The position numbers and the translations under genes are program-made. DNA of 64,000 nucleotides from Planctomycetota bacterium (lineage in GTDB: Bacteria > Planctomycetota > UBA1135 > GCA-002686595), in assembly GCA_016220085.1 (NCBI GenBank), contig JACRIN010000066.1, positions 34,525-98,524 of the forward strand, given 5' to 3'. Shown piece after piece: positions 1-11,732 of the stretch; the first letter of the stretch is position 1, and every line of letters starts with the position of its first letter. The notes below the pieces were generated by a model. That model saw only the letters and a list, made by a program, of their open reading frames with translations, was not told where the DNA came from and ran no database searches.

Positions 1-949
1 GGCCGAGGTCCTTCAACCGCGCCGCGTGGTACACGAGATGGCGCGACGCTTCGATCTGCAGCGCCATGTCGGCGAGCTTGAACTGCACCGCTTGCAAGTC
101 GGCGAGCGTGCCGCCGAACGCTTCGCGCTCCTTCGCGTACCTCAGAGCGCATTCGTACGCGCCTTCCGCGATGCCGAGGCTCAACGCGCCGATGGAGATG
201 CGCCCGCCGTCGAGCGTCATCATGAAGGTCTTGAAGCCTTGCCCCGGCGGCCCGAGCAGGTGGTCCTTCGGGATCTTCGCGTCCTCGAAGACGAGGCTCG
301 CCCAATCGGAACCGCGCATGCCGAGCTTGTGCTCGCCCTTCTCGATGACGAAGCCCGGCGTGTCGCGCGGGACGACGAAGGCGCTGATCCCCTTCGGGCC
401 GAGCGACTTGTCGGTGACCGCGGTGACGATGTACGTGCCGGCGTAGTTCGCGTTCGTGCAGAAGCACTTGCGGCCGTTGAGCACCCAGTGCGAGCCCGCG
501 TCGACCGCCGTCGTCCGCGTCGAGCCCGAGTCCGAGCCCGCGCCCGGCTCGGTCAAGCCGTACGCGCCCATGTGCTTGCCCGCGATCAGGTCGGGCACGT
601 ACTTGGTCTTGAGGTGATCGCCCCACGCGTAGATCGGATACGTCCCGAGCGAGACGTGCGCGGCGAGCGTCAGTCCGGTCGAGCCGCAGACCTTCGAGAT
701 CTCCTCGACCGCGAGGATGTACGAGAGCGTGTCGCCACCCGCGCCGCCGACGTCCTCGGAGAACGGGATGCCGGGGAGGCCGAGCTCGACGATGCGCTTC
801 CACGTGTCGTGCGGGAAGACGTGTTGCTCGTCGATCTCGTGCGCCTTGGGCTCGACTTCGGTGCGCGCGAAGTCGCGCACCATGTCGCGAATCATCGTCT
901 GGCTCTCGGTGAGGTCCAGACCGTGCTTGATCTCGGGGACGGTGATCAT
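1..949 (-). CDS. Acyl-CoA dehydrogenase, partial (C-terminus lies beyond the window start)
   Basis: Absent from the ORF track because no stop lies inside the window. Own translation of the minus strand from ATG 949..947 gives MITVPEIKHGLDLTESQTMIRDMVRDFARTEVEPKAHEIDEQ...GAYGLTEPGAGSDSGS...GFVIEKGEHKLGMRGS...RYAKEREAFG, the usual ACAD domain layout. GC-rich third codon positions. Confidence 0.85.
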   Translation of the reverse strand, partial: MITVPEIKHGLDLTESQTMIRDMVRDFARTEVEPKAHEIDEQHVFPHDTWKRIVELGLPGIPFSEDVGGAGGDTLSYILAVEEISKVCGSTGLTLAAHVSLGTYPIYAWGDHLKTKYVPDLIAGKHMGAYGLTEPGAGSDSGSTRTTAVDAGSHWVLNGRKCFCTNANYAGTYIVTAVTDKSLGPKGISAFVVPRDTPGFVIEKGEHKLGMRGSDWASLVFEDAKIPKDHLLGPPGQGFKTFMMTLDGGRISIGALSLGIAEGAYECALRYAKEREAFGGTLADLQAVQFKLADMALQIEASRHLVYHAARLKDLG

Positions 950-986
950 GGGGTGCTCTTCTCGTGTGTGCGTGGGTGGCCGGCGC

Positions 987-1259
987 TCAATCGAATTCGA
1001 TGCGCCAGCCGGCGGTGCGACGCGCTTTGTCGCCGCGTGCCGTGCCGTTCTTGGTGGATGTCGTCTCGCGGTAGAACTCGGCGCTGCGTCCGGCAGCCAC
1101 CCAGTCGATCAAGGCCTGACGCGAGAACTTCCATTCGCGCCCGATCTTGCGCGCGGGCAGGTTCTCGGTGTGCAGCACCTTGTTGAATGTCTTGACCGAG
1201 ACGCCGAGCAATTCGGCCGCTTCCTCGATCGTCAGGACGTCTTTGTTGGTCTCGACCAT
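987..1259 (-). CDS. Helix-turn-helix DNA-binding protein (excisionase/MerR-like HTH family)
   Basis: 90-aa ORF. LTIEEAAELLGVSVKTFNKVLHTENLPARKIGREWKFSRQALIDWV matches the excisionase-type HTH pattern. It lies 13 nt downstream of the B12-subunit gene and 37 nt upstream of the ACAD gene on the same strand. Confidence 0.65.
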   Translation of the reverse strand: MVETNKDVLTIEEAAELLGVSVKTFNKVLHTENLPARKIGREWKFSRQALIDWVAAGRSAEFYRETTSTKNGTARGDKARRTAGWRIEFD

Positions 1260-1272
1260 CGCGTTCTCCCTC

Positions 1273-1695
1273 TTAGCCCTTGGCTTCGGCGGCGAAGCGA
1301 CGGGTCATCTCGGTCTGGATCCACTTCGCGATCTCCTCGGTGTGCGTGCCGGGGCCGAAGAGCTTCGCGTAGCCCTTCTTCTCGAGCTCGAGCATGTCGT
1401 CCGACGGGATGATGCCGCCGCCGGTGAGCACGACGTGGCCCATGTCGCGTTTGACGAGCTCCTCGCGCACGCGAGGGAAGAGCGTCATGTGCGCGCCGGA
1501 GAGGATCGAGAGCCCGACGACGTCGACGTCCTCCTGCGCGGCGATCTCGGCGATCGCTTCCGGCGTCTGATGGAGACCGGTGTAGATCACCTCCATGCCG
1601 TAGTCGCGCAGCGCACTCGCGACGGTCTTCGCGCCGCGATCGTGCCCATCGAGCCCGGGCTTGCCCACCAACACTCGGATCTTGCGGTCGGTCAT
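1273..1695 (-). CDS. icmB: B12-binding small subunit of a split acyl-CoA mutase (IcmB-like)
   Basis: 140 aa. DxHxxG cobalamin-ligand motif in [12 protein letters not shown], followed by GLSILSGAH and LTGGGIIP, as in the C-terminal B12 domain of methylmalonyl-CoA mutase. Confidence 0.85.
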   Translation of the reverse strand: MTDRKIRVLVGKPGLDGHDRGAKTVASALRDYGMEVIYTGLHQTPEAIAEIAAQEDVDVVGLSILSGAHMTLFPRVREELVKRDMGHVVLTGGGIIPSDDMLELEKKGYAKLFGPGTHTEEIAKWIQTEMTRRFAAEAKG

Positions 1696-1699
1696 GGCG

Positions 1700-2008
1700 T
1701 CAATCCTTCCTTGATTGGCCCGAGAATGCTGCGTTCCGGATCGCGGCGAGCGGCTCGCGGTCCGCAGCGTGGTCGGCGTCCGCGATGCGCCGATGGATTC
1801 GTATGGCGGACCACAACGCGAAACCGGCGGTGACGAGCGTCGAAATCCCCGAGAGCGCGCTCAACGCCGGGGACTCACCGCGCAAGGGCAGGGTCTCGTC
1901 GCCGAAGGCAGCGAGCACGAGCATCGCGCCGCAACCAAGCGCCCACGCGCCAGCGGCGGCGAGCCCGAAGGCTCCAACGCGCGTCACGAGTCTCGTCGAA
2001 CGACTCAT
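1700..2008 (-). CDS. Small membrane protein, unknown function (102 aa, about 2 TM)
   Basis: AAGGAGA Shine-Dalgarno about 10 nt upstream of ATG 2008. Hydrophobic stretches [22 protein letters not shown] and [15 protein letters not shown]. The stop lies 4 nt before the icmB start. Confidence 0.55.
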   Translation of the reverse strand: MSRSTRLVTRVGAFGLAAAGAWALGCGAMLVLAAFGDETLPLRGESPALSALSGISTLVTAGFALWSAIRIHRRIADADHAADREPLAAIRNAAFSGQSRKD

Positions 2009-2134
2009 CGGATCCTCGTCTCCTTGTAGCAGCCAAACTCGGTACGCACCGAAGCCGCGCGCGCGGCGACGGTCGGACCGATTGGCAAACCCAGCTCGGT
2101 CCCGAAGCGAGCCGCGAGCGGTCGATGGTCGCGG

Positions 2135-2542
2135 TCACGCATGAACGAGCCTCCGTCGTTGCATCCGTTCGACATGGAGGACCAGGATCCAGATCCCCAC
2201 CGGCTGCGCGGCCACGTTCACGAGCAGTGACCCAAGCTCGCGGCTGTTGCCGAAGACTCCCCACGTCGAAAGCGCGGCCACGAAGAAGAGGGTTCCGATG
2301 ACGACCCCGAGCGCGGTGCGGAAGCGACCGACTGGAAGCGGAGCGCGTCCACCCCCGCGGGCCAACAACCCGACGACGATGCCGGACGCGAAGACCACGA
2401 TGTTCGCGATGGCGACCAACGACGTGATCCGAGGCAAATCCCACGCGCCGGAGTCGCCGCGCCCGACCCAGCTCCACGCGACGAACGCCACCAGCAGGGC
2501 GACGGTCCACGCTGCCACGACGATGCCGACGACGAGCTTCAC
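2135..2542 (-). CDS. Small membrane protein, unknown function (135 aa, about 4 TM)
   Basis: GTG at 2542 is preceded by GAGGAGG 5 nt upstream and overlaps the stop of the upstream gene (GTGA). Sequence VKLVVGIVVAAWTVALLVAFVAW... The 217-aa track ORF is treated as over-extended at its N-terminus. Confidence 0.6.
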   Translation of the reverse strand: MKLVVGIVVAAWTVALLVAFVAWSWVGRGDSGAWDLPRITSLVAIANIVVFASGIVVGLLARGGGRAPLPVGRFRTALGVVIGTLFFVAALSTWGVFGNSRELGSLLVNVAAQPVGIWILVLHVERMQRRRLVHA

Positions 2543-2760
2543 GCGGACCTCCTCGACGTAGCGACCCCGCGCGGTCGTTGGCCCGCGAGAGCGATCCAGC
2601 AGAGATTCACGGTGAACGCCAGCACCAGGACCGCAGCCCCCCACCCTCGGCTCGCTCCGTCCATCAGCAGGAAACCGGCGTTCAGCAAGATCATCGCGCC
2701 GGACAGGTAGATCGAAGCTGCACGCCAGACTCGCCTCAGATTGTCGAGCGACCCGTTCAT
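2539..2760 (-). CDS. Small membrane protein, unknown function (73 aa, 2 TM)
   Basis: ATG at 2760 overlaps the stop of the upstream gene (ATGA). Sequence [33 protein letters not shown]...AAVLVLAFTVNLCWIALAG. Confidence 0.55.
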   Translation of the reverse strand: MNGSLDNLRRVWRAASIYLSGAMILLNAGFLLMDGASRGWGAAVLVLAFTVNLCWIALAGQRPRGVATSRRSA

Positions 2761-2956
2761 CGCGTTCCGTCCCTCGGCCCTGCGACATTCCGTCTCAGCG
2801 CGATGTAGACCAACGCCAATCCGGAACCGCACAACGCGGCAGCGACGACCCACATCGCCCTCGGTGCGCTTCCCGACGCCGCCCACGCGCCGAAGCAGAC
2901 GCCGAGAAGGGCATCGAAGACGCCTGCGACGAGCAGCGGTTTCGCGAGCGCCGGGT

Positions 2957-2960
<4 letters not shown>
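2757..2960 (-). CDS. Small membrane protein, unknown function (67 aa, 2 TM)
   Basis: GTG at 2960 overlaps the icmA stop (GTGA). Sequence [26 protein letters not shown]...[20 protein letters not shown], read from the tail of track ORF 2757..5051. Confidence 0.5.
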
Positions 2961-4656
<1,696 letters not shown>

Positions 4657-4660
<4 letters not shown>

Positions 4661-5634
4661 GACTTGGCCACTCCGCGTTCGGTGCGAGCGCCGATGAGAC
4701 CCGCGGAGAGTTCCGCGAGCACGCCGGCGGCGACTTCGTAGGGCGAGATCGAGCGCGCGAGCTCGCGCTCGACGTGCGCACGCCAGCCGTGGTCGCGCCA
4801 GATCGCGAGCCGCAGGCGTTCGTTGACGACGTTCTCGACGTGCTGCACGCGCTTTTCGCGGCGCGCGTCGACGAGATTCGAGCTCGCGAGGTGCGTGAAG
4901 TGCTTCTCGATCTCTTGGAGCAGCTCGACGATGCCGAACTCGGTCGACGCGCTGACCGCGACGATCGGCGGCGTCCACGCGCGCTTGGTGAAACGCACGT
5001 GCACCGCCTCGCTGAGGTCGTTCTGCAGGCGATCGGCGCCGGGGAGGTCACACTTGTTCACGACGAGGAAGTCCGCGACTTCGAGCAGGCCGGCCTTCAT
5101 CGCCTGGATGCCGTCGCCCGCGCCCGGGCAAAGCACCACGAGGACCGAATCGGCCGCGCCGACGACATCGTACTCGGCTTGGCCGACACCGACGGTCTCG
5201 AGCAGGATCACGTCGAAGCCGAACGCGTCCATCGCGTCGCAGGCGTCGACCGCGGCGCGCGCGAGGCCGCCGTGGCTGTCGCGGCTCGCCATCGAGCGGA
5301 TGAACACGCCGGGATCGAGCGTGCGTCCTTCCATCCGGATGCGATCGCCGAGCAGCGCGCCGCCCGAAATCGGGCTCGTCGGATCGACCGCGAGGATGCC
5401 GACGGTCTTCTTCTGCTCGCGCAACACGCGCGCGAGCTCGTTGACCAACGTCGACTTGCCGGCGCCCGGCGGACCGGTGACGCCGATGCGCCGCGCGCGC
5501 CCGACCCGCGGGTAGAAGACGGCGTGCTCCGCGCGAAAACGCGGATCGCCGTTCTCGGCCCACGAGATCAACCGCGCGAGCGCCGTACGGTCGCCCGCGA
5601 GCAGTCGATCGGCGATCGAGGGAGTCGTTGCCAT
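4657..5634 (-). CDS. meaB: MeaB/ArgK-type G-protein chaperone for B12 mutases (325 aa)
   Basis: Start ATG 5634 ([15 protein letters not shown]...). Walker [38 protein letters not shown] and the NKxD motif VVNKCD. Confidence 0.85.
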
Positions 5635-5645
5635 TCCGCGTCGGC

Positions 5646-6203
5646 TCAGTCCGCGTCCAGGCGACGGTAACGCAGCGACGTTCGGTCGGGATAGGTCACG
5701 AAGAGCACGTCGCGCGACGGCATGCGCAGGTAGGGACCGGACATCGCCACCGCGTCGAGCCACAGGCCGAACTCAGCGCCGTCGGCCATGCGCGCTTTGA
5801 CGGCCACGTTCTCGTCGAACTCGCACGCTCGCTCGACGCCTTCGGCCCGCACCGTGCCGCGCGCGATCACTCCGCGGCCGCACGCGAACATGCGGGGCGG
5901 CTGCTCCCACGCTTCGAGCGCGACGTCTTCGGTGATCGCGAGCACGACCTCGCGGCGCGTTTCTGGAACAGCGTTCGGGCCCTGCGCCTCGTCCACCACC
6001 GCCTGCCAGCGACCGGCGAAGCCGCCGGTCCGCAAGAGCCACGGAGAGCTGTTGACCTCGATGGTGCCGAGCCAAACCAACGCCGGCAACCCGAGCGCGC
6101 AGGCCGCGGTCGCGAACCAACACAGCACGTCACCCCAAGTCACGGCGGGGCGCGCGCGCGGGGCGCACGGCGAACCGTCGGCGATGAGCAACGCGGCGCC
6201 CAC
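5646..6203 (-). CDS. Hypothetical protein, one N-terminal hydrophobic segment (185 aa)
   Basis: GC3-rich ORF packed between the ACAD gene (7-nt gap) and meaB (11-nt gap). CWFATAACALGLPALVWLG is a likely TM or signal anchor. No recognisable motif. Confidence 0.5.
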   Translation of the reverse strand: MGAALLIADGSPCAPRARPAVTWGDVLCWFATAACALGLPALVWLGTIEVNSSPWLLRTGGFAGRWQAVVDEAQGPNAVPETRREVVLAITEDVALEAWEQPPRMFACGRGVIARGTVRAEGVERACEFDENVAVKARMADGAEFGLWLDAVAMSGPYLRMPSRDVLFVTYPDRTSLRYRRLDAD

Positions 6204-6210
6204 GTCGTGC

Positions 6211-7362
6211 CTAGGCTCCGGTGGTCAGGAGGCTGCGCGCGATCACCAGGCGCTGGATGTCGGTCGCGCCTTCGTAGATCTCGGTGATGCGCGCGTCGCG
6301 GAAGAGCCGCTCGACCGTGAAGTGGTCGGTGTAGCCGGCTCCGCCGTGGATCTGGAGGCACTCGTCGGCGGCGTAGTTGCACGCTTGGCTCGCGAGTAGC
6401 TTGGCCATCGCGGCCTCGCGGCCGCACGGACGACCGTGGTCGCGCAACCACGCCGCGCGGTGCACGAGCAGGCGCGCGGCGTCGAGCTTCGCCGCCATGT
6501 CGGCGAGCTTCCATTGCACCGCCTGGAACTCGGCGATCGGCTTCTTGAACTGCTCGCGCTCCTTCGAGTACTTGATCGAAGCCTCGAGGCACGCGCGGCC
6601 GATGCCGATCGCTTGGCTCGCGATGCCGATGCGGCCGCCGTCGAGCGTGTCGAGCGCGATCGGGAAGCCGCGGTGCACTTCGGCGAGCGCGGCGTCGGCG
6701 CCGAGCTCGACGTTTTCGAAGATGATTTCGACCGCGGGCGAGCCGCGGATGCCGCACTTCAGCTCCTTCTTGCCGATCGTCACGCCCGGCGTGCTCGTCG
6801 GCACGATGAAGGCGGTGATGCCCTTCGCCTTGTGCACGGTCGGGTCGGTGCGCGCGTAGACGATCAACACGCTTGCGAGCGAACCGGTCGTCACCCACAC
6901 CTTCGTCCCGTTGAGCACCCACCCGTCGCCGGCCTTCTCCGCGCGCGTCTTCAGCGCCGCCGCGTCGGAACCCGAATTCGGCTCGGTCAGGCAATACGCG
7001 CCGAGGATCTCGCCCGTGGCGAGCGTCGGCAGCCAGCGCTTCTTCTGCTCCGCCGTCCCGTACTTCGTGATCGGCGAGCACACGAGCGAGTTGTGCACCG
7101 ACACCGTCACGCCGGTCGCCGCGCAACCCCAATTGAGCTCCTCGAGCACGATCGACAACGCGAGGTTGCCGAGCGCCGCGCCGCCGTACTCCTCGGGCAC
7201 CGTCAGGCCCCAGAAACCGAGTTCCGCGAGCTTCTGGAACACCGCGGGCTCGATGTGCGCGTCGCGGTCGTGTTGCGTCGCGCGCGGCACGAGCTCGTGC
7301 TCGGCGAACTCGTGCGCGGTCGCCTTCACGGCTTCCAGTTCTTCGGTCAGGGCGAAATCCAT
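6211..7362 (-). CDS. Acyl-CoA dehydrogenase, short-chain/butyryl-CoA type (383 aa)
   Basis: Full-length ACAD with YCLTEPNSGSDAAAL, GGRIGIASQAIGI, FQAVQWKLADMA and IYEGATDIQRLVIAR. Confidence 0.85.
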   Translation of the reverse strand: MDFALTEELEAVKATAHEFAEHELVPRATQHDRDAHIEPAVFQKLAELGFWGLTVPEEYGGAALGNLALSIVLEELNWGCAATGVTVSVHNSLVCSPITKYGTAEQKKRWLPTLATGEILGAYCLTEPNSGSDAAALKTRAEKAGDGWVLNGTKVWVTTGSLASVLIVYARTDPTVHKAKGITAFIVPTSTPGVTIGKKELKCGIRGSPAVEIIFENVELGADAALAEVHRGFPIALDTLDGGRIGIASQAIGIGRACLEASIKYSKEREQFKKPIAEFQAVQWKLADMAAKLDAARLLVHRAAWLRDHGRPCGREAAMAKLLASQACNYAADECLQIHGGAGYTDHFTVERLFRDARITEIYEGATDIQRLVIARSLLTTGA

Positions 7363-7422
7363 CGAACTACCTCGAGTGCTTTCGGGGTTCTCTGCGGGGG
7401 ACGGACGAGCGGGAGCGTGGGA

Positions 7423-8280
7423 TCAGGCGTAGTCGTAGAAGCCCTTGCCGACCTTACGGCCGAGGCGTCCGGCGGCGACGTAGCGCTTGAGCAGCGGGCA
7501 CGGACGGTACTTCGGATCGCCGAGGCCGTCGTGCAGCACGTTCAGGATGTCGAGGCAGACGTCGAGGCCGATCAAGTCGGCGAGCGCGAGCGGCCCCATC
7601 GGATGGTTCATGCCGAGCTTCATCACCGTGTCGATGCCTTCGCGGGTGCTGACGCCTTCCATCAGGCAGAACACCGCTTCGTTGATCATCGGCATCAACA
7701 CGCGGTTCGACACGAAGCCCGGGTAGTCGTTCGCTTCGACCGGCACCTTGCCGAGCGCTTCGGTGCACGCGGTGATCTTCGCGCACGTCTCGCTGGACGT
7801 TTCCTGTCCGCGGATGATCTCGACGAGCTTCATCAGCGGCACGGGATTCATGAAGTGCATGCCGATCACTTTGTCGGCGCGCTTCGTCGACGCGGCGATC
7901 TGCGTGATCGAGATCGAGGACGTGTTGGTCGCGAGGATCGTCGTCGGCGCGCACAGCTTGTCGAGCTCGCCGAAGATCTTCGCCTTGACGTCCGCGCGCT
8001 CGACCGCCGCTTCGACGACGAGCTCGCAATCCTTGGCGCGCGCGAGCTCGCCGGAGCCCGCGATGCGCTTGCGAGTCGCGTCGGCGGCCGCTTGGTCGAG
8101 CCCGCCCTTCTTGACGATGCGTGCGAGCGAGCCCTCGATGTTCGCGAGGCCCTTCTCGAGCGCCGGGGCGCTGACGTCGATCAGCTCGACTTGACTGCCC
8201 GCACCCGCGAACACCTGGGCGATGCCGTTGCCCATCGTGCCCGCGCCGATCACCGCGACGCGCTGGAAGAGGCCGGCCAT
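7423..8280 (-). CDS. hbd: 3-hydroxybutyryl-CoA dehydrogenase (285 aa)
   Basis: Start ATG 8280 ([25 protein letters not shown] is a Rossmann GxGxxG motif). Also [21 protein letters not shown] and GFVSNRVL. The 397-aa track ORF is over-extended. Confidence 0.85.
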   Translation of the reverse strand: MAGLFQRVAVIGAGTMGNGIAQVFAGAGSQVELIDVSAPALEKGLANIEGSLARIVKKGGLDQAAADATRKRIAGSGELARAKDCELVVEAAVERADVKAKIFGELDKLCAPTTILATNTSSISITQIAASTKRADKVIGMHFMNPVPLMKLVEIIRGQETSSETCAKITACTEALGKVPVEANDYPGFVSNRVLMPMINEAVFCLMEGVSTREGIDTVMKLGMNHPMGPLALADLIGLDVCLDILNVLHDGLGDPKYRPCPLLKRYVAAGRLGRKVGKGFYDYA

Positions 8281-8282
8281 GG

Positions 8283-9464
8283 TCAGAGCGCCTCCACCGC
8301 GAGCGACACGGCGTTGCCGCCGCCGAGGCACAACGACGCCATGCCGGTCTTCGCCTTGCGCTGTTGCATCGCATGGAGCAGCGTCGTGAAGATCCGCGCG
8401 CCGCTCGCGCCGATCGGGTGACCGATCGCGACCGCGCCGCCGTTGACGTTGATCTTGTTCGCGTCGAGCTCGAGCACGCGCGTCAGCGCCACCGCCGCGA
8501 CCGAGAACGCTTCGTTGATCTCGTGCAGGTCGAAATCGGTCGGCTTCTTGCCGGCCTTCGCCGCGCACGCCTTGATCGAGCCCTCCGGCGCCATCATCAC
8601 CCACTCGGGCGCGCAACCGGCGGTCGCGTAGGCGAGCACGCGAGCGAGCGGCTTGACGCCGAGCGCCTTCGCCTTCTCCGCGCTCATCACGACGACCGCC
8701 GAAGCGCCGTCATTGATCGAGGACGCGTTGGCCGCGGTCACCGAGCCGGTGGGATCGAACGCGGGCTTCATCTTCGCGATGCCGTCCGCCGTCGTGTCGG
8801 CGCGGATGCTCTCGTCGGTCTTGAACGCGATCGGATCGCCCTTCTTCTGCGGCAGCATCACCGCGAACTTCTCGGCGTCGAGGCGGCCCGCGGCGGTCGC
8901 TTCGGCGGCCTTCTTGTGGCTGTTGGCGGCGAACTCGTCCTGGGCGCGGCGCGAGATCTCGTACTTCTTCGCGACCATCTCGGCGGTCATGCCCATGTGG
9001 AAGTTGTTGTAGATGTCCCAGAGGCCGTCCCAGACCATCGAGTCGAGCATCTGCACGTGGCCGAGGCGCGCGCCCGCCCGAGCATCGGGCAGCAGGTACG
9101 GCGAGTTGGTCATCGACTCCATGCCGCCCGCGACGATCACGTCGGCGTCGCCGGCGCGGATCGCTTGCGCGGCGAGCATGATCGACTTCAGGCCCGAGCC
9201 GCAGACCTTGTTGACCGTGAAGGCGCCGACCGTGTTCGGCACGCCCGCGCCGAGCGCCGCCTGACGCGCCGGGTTCTGCCCGAGGCCCGCGGCGAGCACG
9301 CATCCCATGATGACCTCCTCGACCTGGCTCGGTTGCAGGTTCGCGCGCTTGAGCGCCTCGGCGATGGCGAGCGCGCCGAGCTGCGGCGCCTTAAAGGAGG
9401 AAAGGCTGCCCTGGAACTTGCCCACCGGCGTGCGGCAGGCGCTGGCGATCACGACTTCCTTCAT
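8283..9464 (-). CDS. Acetyl-CoA C-acetyltransferase (thiolase II, 393 aa)
   Basis: Start ATG 9464 ([17 protein letters not shown]). Active-site contexts [27 protein letters not shown] and [13 protein letters not shown]. Confidence 0.9.
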   Translation of the reverse strand: MKEVVIASACRTPVGKFQGSLSSFKAPQLGALAIAEALKRANLQPSQVEEVIMGCVLAAGLGQNPARQAALGAGVPNTVGAFTVNKVCGSGLKSIMLAAQAIRAGDADVIVAGGMESMTNSPYLLPDARAGARLGHVQMLDSMVWDGLWDIYNNFHMGMTAEMVAKKYEISRRAQDEFAANSHKKAAEATAAGRLDAEKFAVMLPQKKGDPIAFKTDESIRADTTADGIAKMKPAFDPTGSVTAANASSINDGASAVVVMSAEKAKALGVKPLARVLAYATAGCAPEWVMMAPEGSIKACAAKAGKKPTDFDLHEINEAFSVAAVALTRVLELDANKINVNGGAVAIGHPIGASGARIFTTLLHAMQQRKAKTGMASLCLGGGNAVSLAVEAL

Positions 9465-9793
9465 GGTGCACCCAGGTCTCTTGGAGGACGCGGTCACGCG
9501 GGCCTCGGCCCACGTTCGGCACGCCGGACGCCGTCGACCCGCGGAGGGGCCTCGCGACGATCCGCACGCGCCGTGGAAAAGGCGCCCAGCTTAGCCCGCG
9601 CCCGCCGATCGGGCCACCCCGCTCGGCACCCTGATGCAGCCCAACTTCCCCCCATCCGACCTCGGCTCGGCGGAACTGCGAACCTCGGCGGACGGCGGAA
9701 CTCGCTCCTATTCGAACCGTTTCGGCCGCCGGCGGCGATCTAGAACGGAGGTCCAAGACGGAACCCCTCGACGCGACACACCGGGAGAATTCC

Positions 9794-10960
9794 ATGCAGG
9801 CATCGAAACTCTTGCTCGCCATCGCCTCGCTCGCCTCTGTCACGACCGCGGGAACGTACGTCGTCGACGCTGCGGGCGGCGGTGACTTCACCGACCTGGC
9901 ACCGGCGATCGCCTTCGCGTCGCCGGGCGACGTGCTCTTGATCCAGCCCGGCAACTACGGCGGTTTCACGCTCGACAAGCGACTGACGCTCGTCGGCCAG
10001 GGCGCGGGCGTGATCGTCAACGGTCCGGCGACGATCCGAGACATCGTCGCAGGGAACGCGACCTCGATCGTCGGCGTGCGCTTCTCGAACTCGCTCGAGG
10101 TCACCCAGTGCACGCGGCCCGTCGTGTTCGACGATGTGACGTCGTCGAGCCGCGGACTCATCGTCGACGGCTCGAGTGACGTGCGCGTCTCGCGTTCGTA
10201 CCTCGATGGTTGGGACCAGTACGCGGGTTTGACGGGTACGTGCCTGGTAGTCGATTCCCGAGTGGAACTCGCGAGCTCGGTCGTGCTCGGCGAACCGGGA
10301 AGCGACGGGGCCTTCACGGTCCCTGGCGACGGCCTCGAAGCGCTGATCGGAAGTGGTGCCGTCGTCGGCGTCCACCTCTACCGCTCCACGCTGATCGGCG
10401 GCGATGGAGGCCACGACTTGGGAGGCTTCTTCCCCAGCGGGCAGGGCGCGGCCGCCGTTCGGCTCGACGACGCAGGCACGGTCCTGGCCGCAGGCACGGC
10501 CCAGGACATGCTGCTCGGCGGGTCGGACGACAACGGCCAGGCTGCGGGAGTCCGCGCATGGTCGGGTTCCGTCCGCCATTCGTCCGTCGTGACGAGCGGC
10601 GTATACGCCGCGTACGTCGAGACGCCTCCGATTCCGGACCCGAGCCTCTACTTCGTCGGCACGCCGACGCCGGGCTCCGTGACGACTTTCCGGATCGCCG
10701 CACCGGTGGGCTCCACGGTCGACCTGCGCATGGGGCGGTTCCCGACGATCGTGGACGTGCCCGGGCTCGCCGAAGACGTGCTCGTGACGCCCCAACGCAC
10801 TTTCCACCTGGGCGCGGTCGGCGCGAGCGGTGTCATCGGTTTCAACTTCCCGATGCCCGGATCGTTCCCGAAGGGCTTCACGTTCTTCGCGCAAGCCAAG
10901 GTGACGATCGCCCCAGGCGACGAGCGCTACACGAACTCGGTGCCGATCGTCCTGCGTTGA
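9794..10960 (+). CDS. Secreted right-handed beta-helix-like protein (388 aa)
   Basis: Signal peptide MQASKLLLAIASLASVTTA. YVVDAAGGGDFTDLAPAIAFASPGDVLLIQPGNYGGFTL is the typical opening of pectin-lyase-fold proteins. GGGAGA lies upstream of the ATG. Confidence 0.6.
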   Translation: MQASKLLLAIASLASVTTAGTYVVDAAGGGDFTDLAPAIAFASPGDVLLIQPGNYGGFTLDKRLTLVGQGAGVIVNGPATIRDIVAGNATSIVGVRFSNSLEVTQCTRPVVFDDVTSSSRGLIVDGSSDVRVSRSYLDGWDQYAGLTGTCLVVDSRVELASSVVLGEPGSDGAFTVPGDGLEALIGSGAVVGVHLYRSTLIGGDGGHDLGGFFPSGQGAAAVRLDDAGTVLAAGTAQDMLLGGSDDNGQAAGVRAWSGSVRHSSVVTSGVYAAYVETPPIPDPSLYFVGTPTPGSVTTFRIAAPVGSTVDLRMGRFPTIVDVPGLAEDVLVTPQRTFHLGAVGASGVIGFNFPMPGSFPKGFTFFAQAKVTIAPGDERYTNSVPIVLR

Positions 10961-11038
10961 GCCGGCCGGCCGGATCCGGTGCACAATGAGGAGTCGCGAG
11001 CTCCCGCATTGCAAGACCCCGCCCGACTTCGTATCAGG

Positions 11039-11674
11039 ATGCCCGAAGTGCCGGGTGACCAAGCTGATTCCGCGCCGCCCAACTTGACGACCAGCGCGGA
11101 GGACGAGGAGCTCGTCCGAGGCCTGCTCGCGGGCGACGGACAGGCCGTCGAGCGCTTCATCGCGCGCTATCGGCCGTTGTTCCAACACTGCCTCGCGCAC
11201 TTCGAGTCCGATCCGATCGCGCGCGAGGATCTCTACCAGATGCTGCTCTGGCACGCGCTCGAGCGCCTGCGTCAGGGCGCTTTCGACGGCACCAAGGGCG
11301 CGTTCGGCACGTGGCTGTATCGCGTCGCCTGGTGCCGTTGCGTCGATTTGAAGCGCAAGGACAACGCGCGCCGCCGCGTGCCGGTCCGCCTGGCGGACGA
11401 CGAGCTTCCCGACGGACCGGATCCGAGCCCTGGCCCGGAAGAACTGGTCGGCGACGAGGAAGTCGGTGCGCTGGTGCGCGCGGCGCTCGCGGAAATCGCG
11501 CCCGAAGAGCGCGACCTGCTCGTGCTGCGCTTCGTCGACGGCCTGACGTTGACCGACGTCGCCGCGCAACTCCAGCTCTCGGTCGAGCAGACCAAGTACC
11601 GACTGAAGCGCGCCAGCTCGGCGCTGCGCAAGGCGTTGATCACCCGACTTCCTCGGGCGGAGGCGGTGGAATGA
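11039..11674 (+). CDS. ECF (group IV) RNA polymerase sigma factor
   Basis: Sigma-2 region ERFIARYRPLFQHCLAHF...DLYQMLLWHALERL, and sigma-4 HTH LVLRFVDGLTLTDVAAQLQLSVEQTKYRLKRA. An alternative GTG start lies at 10979. Confidence 0.85.
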   Translation: MPEVPGDQADSAPPNLTTSAEDEELVRGLLAGDGQAVERFIARYRPLFQHCLAHFESDPIAREDLYQMLLWHALERLRQGAFDGTKGAFGTWLYRVAWCRCVDLKRKDNARRRVPVRLADDELPDGPDPSPGPEELVGDEEVGALVRAALAEIAPEERDLLVLRFVDGLTLTDVAAQLQLSVEQTKYRLKRASSALRKALITRLPRAEAVE

Positions 11675-11732
11675 GCGTTTCCCGAGCGGATTTTGCGCCC
11701 GAAACCGCGGCGATTTGCGGAGTCACGGCCGG

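Noticed and set aside
987-1695. CarH-like split B12-dependent transcription factor (HTH gene next to a B12-binding-domain gene)
   Set aside because: The 140-aa B12 protein aligns motif-for-motif with mutase C-terminal domains and sits with icmA and meaB. The HTH gene is more simply a local regulator. No evidence supports a CarH-type pairing.
9700-9725. tRNA-like GGTTCGAAT T-loop motif on the minus strand
   Set aside because: The flanking bases cannot form a T-stem or an acceptor stem. No cloverleaf can be drawn.
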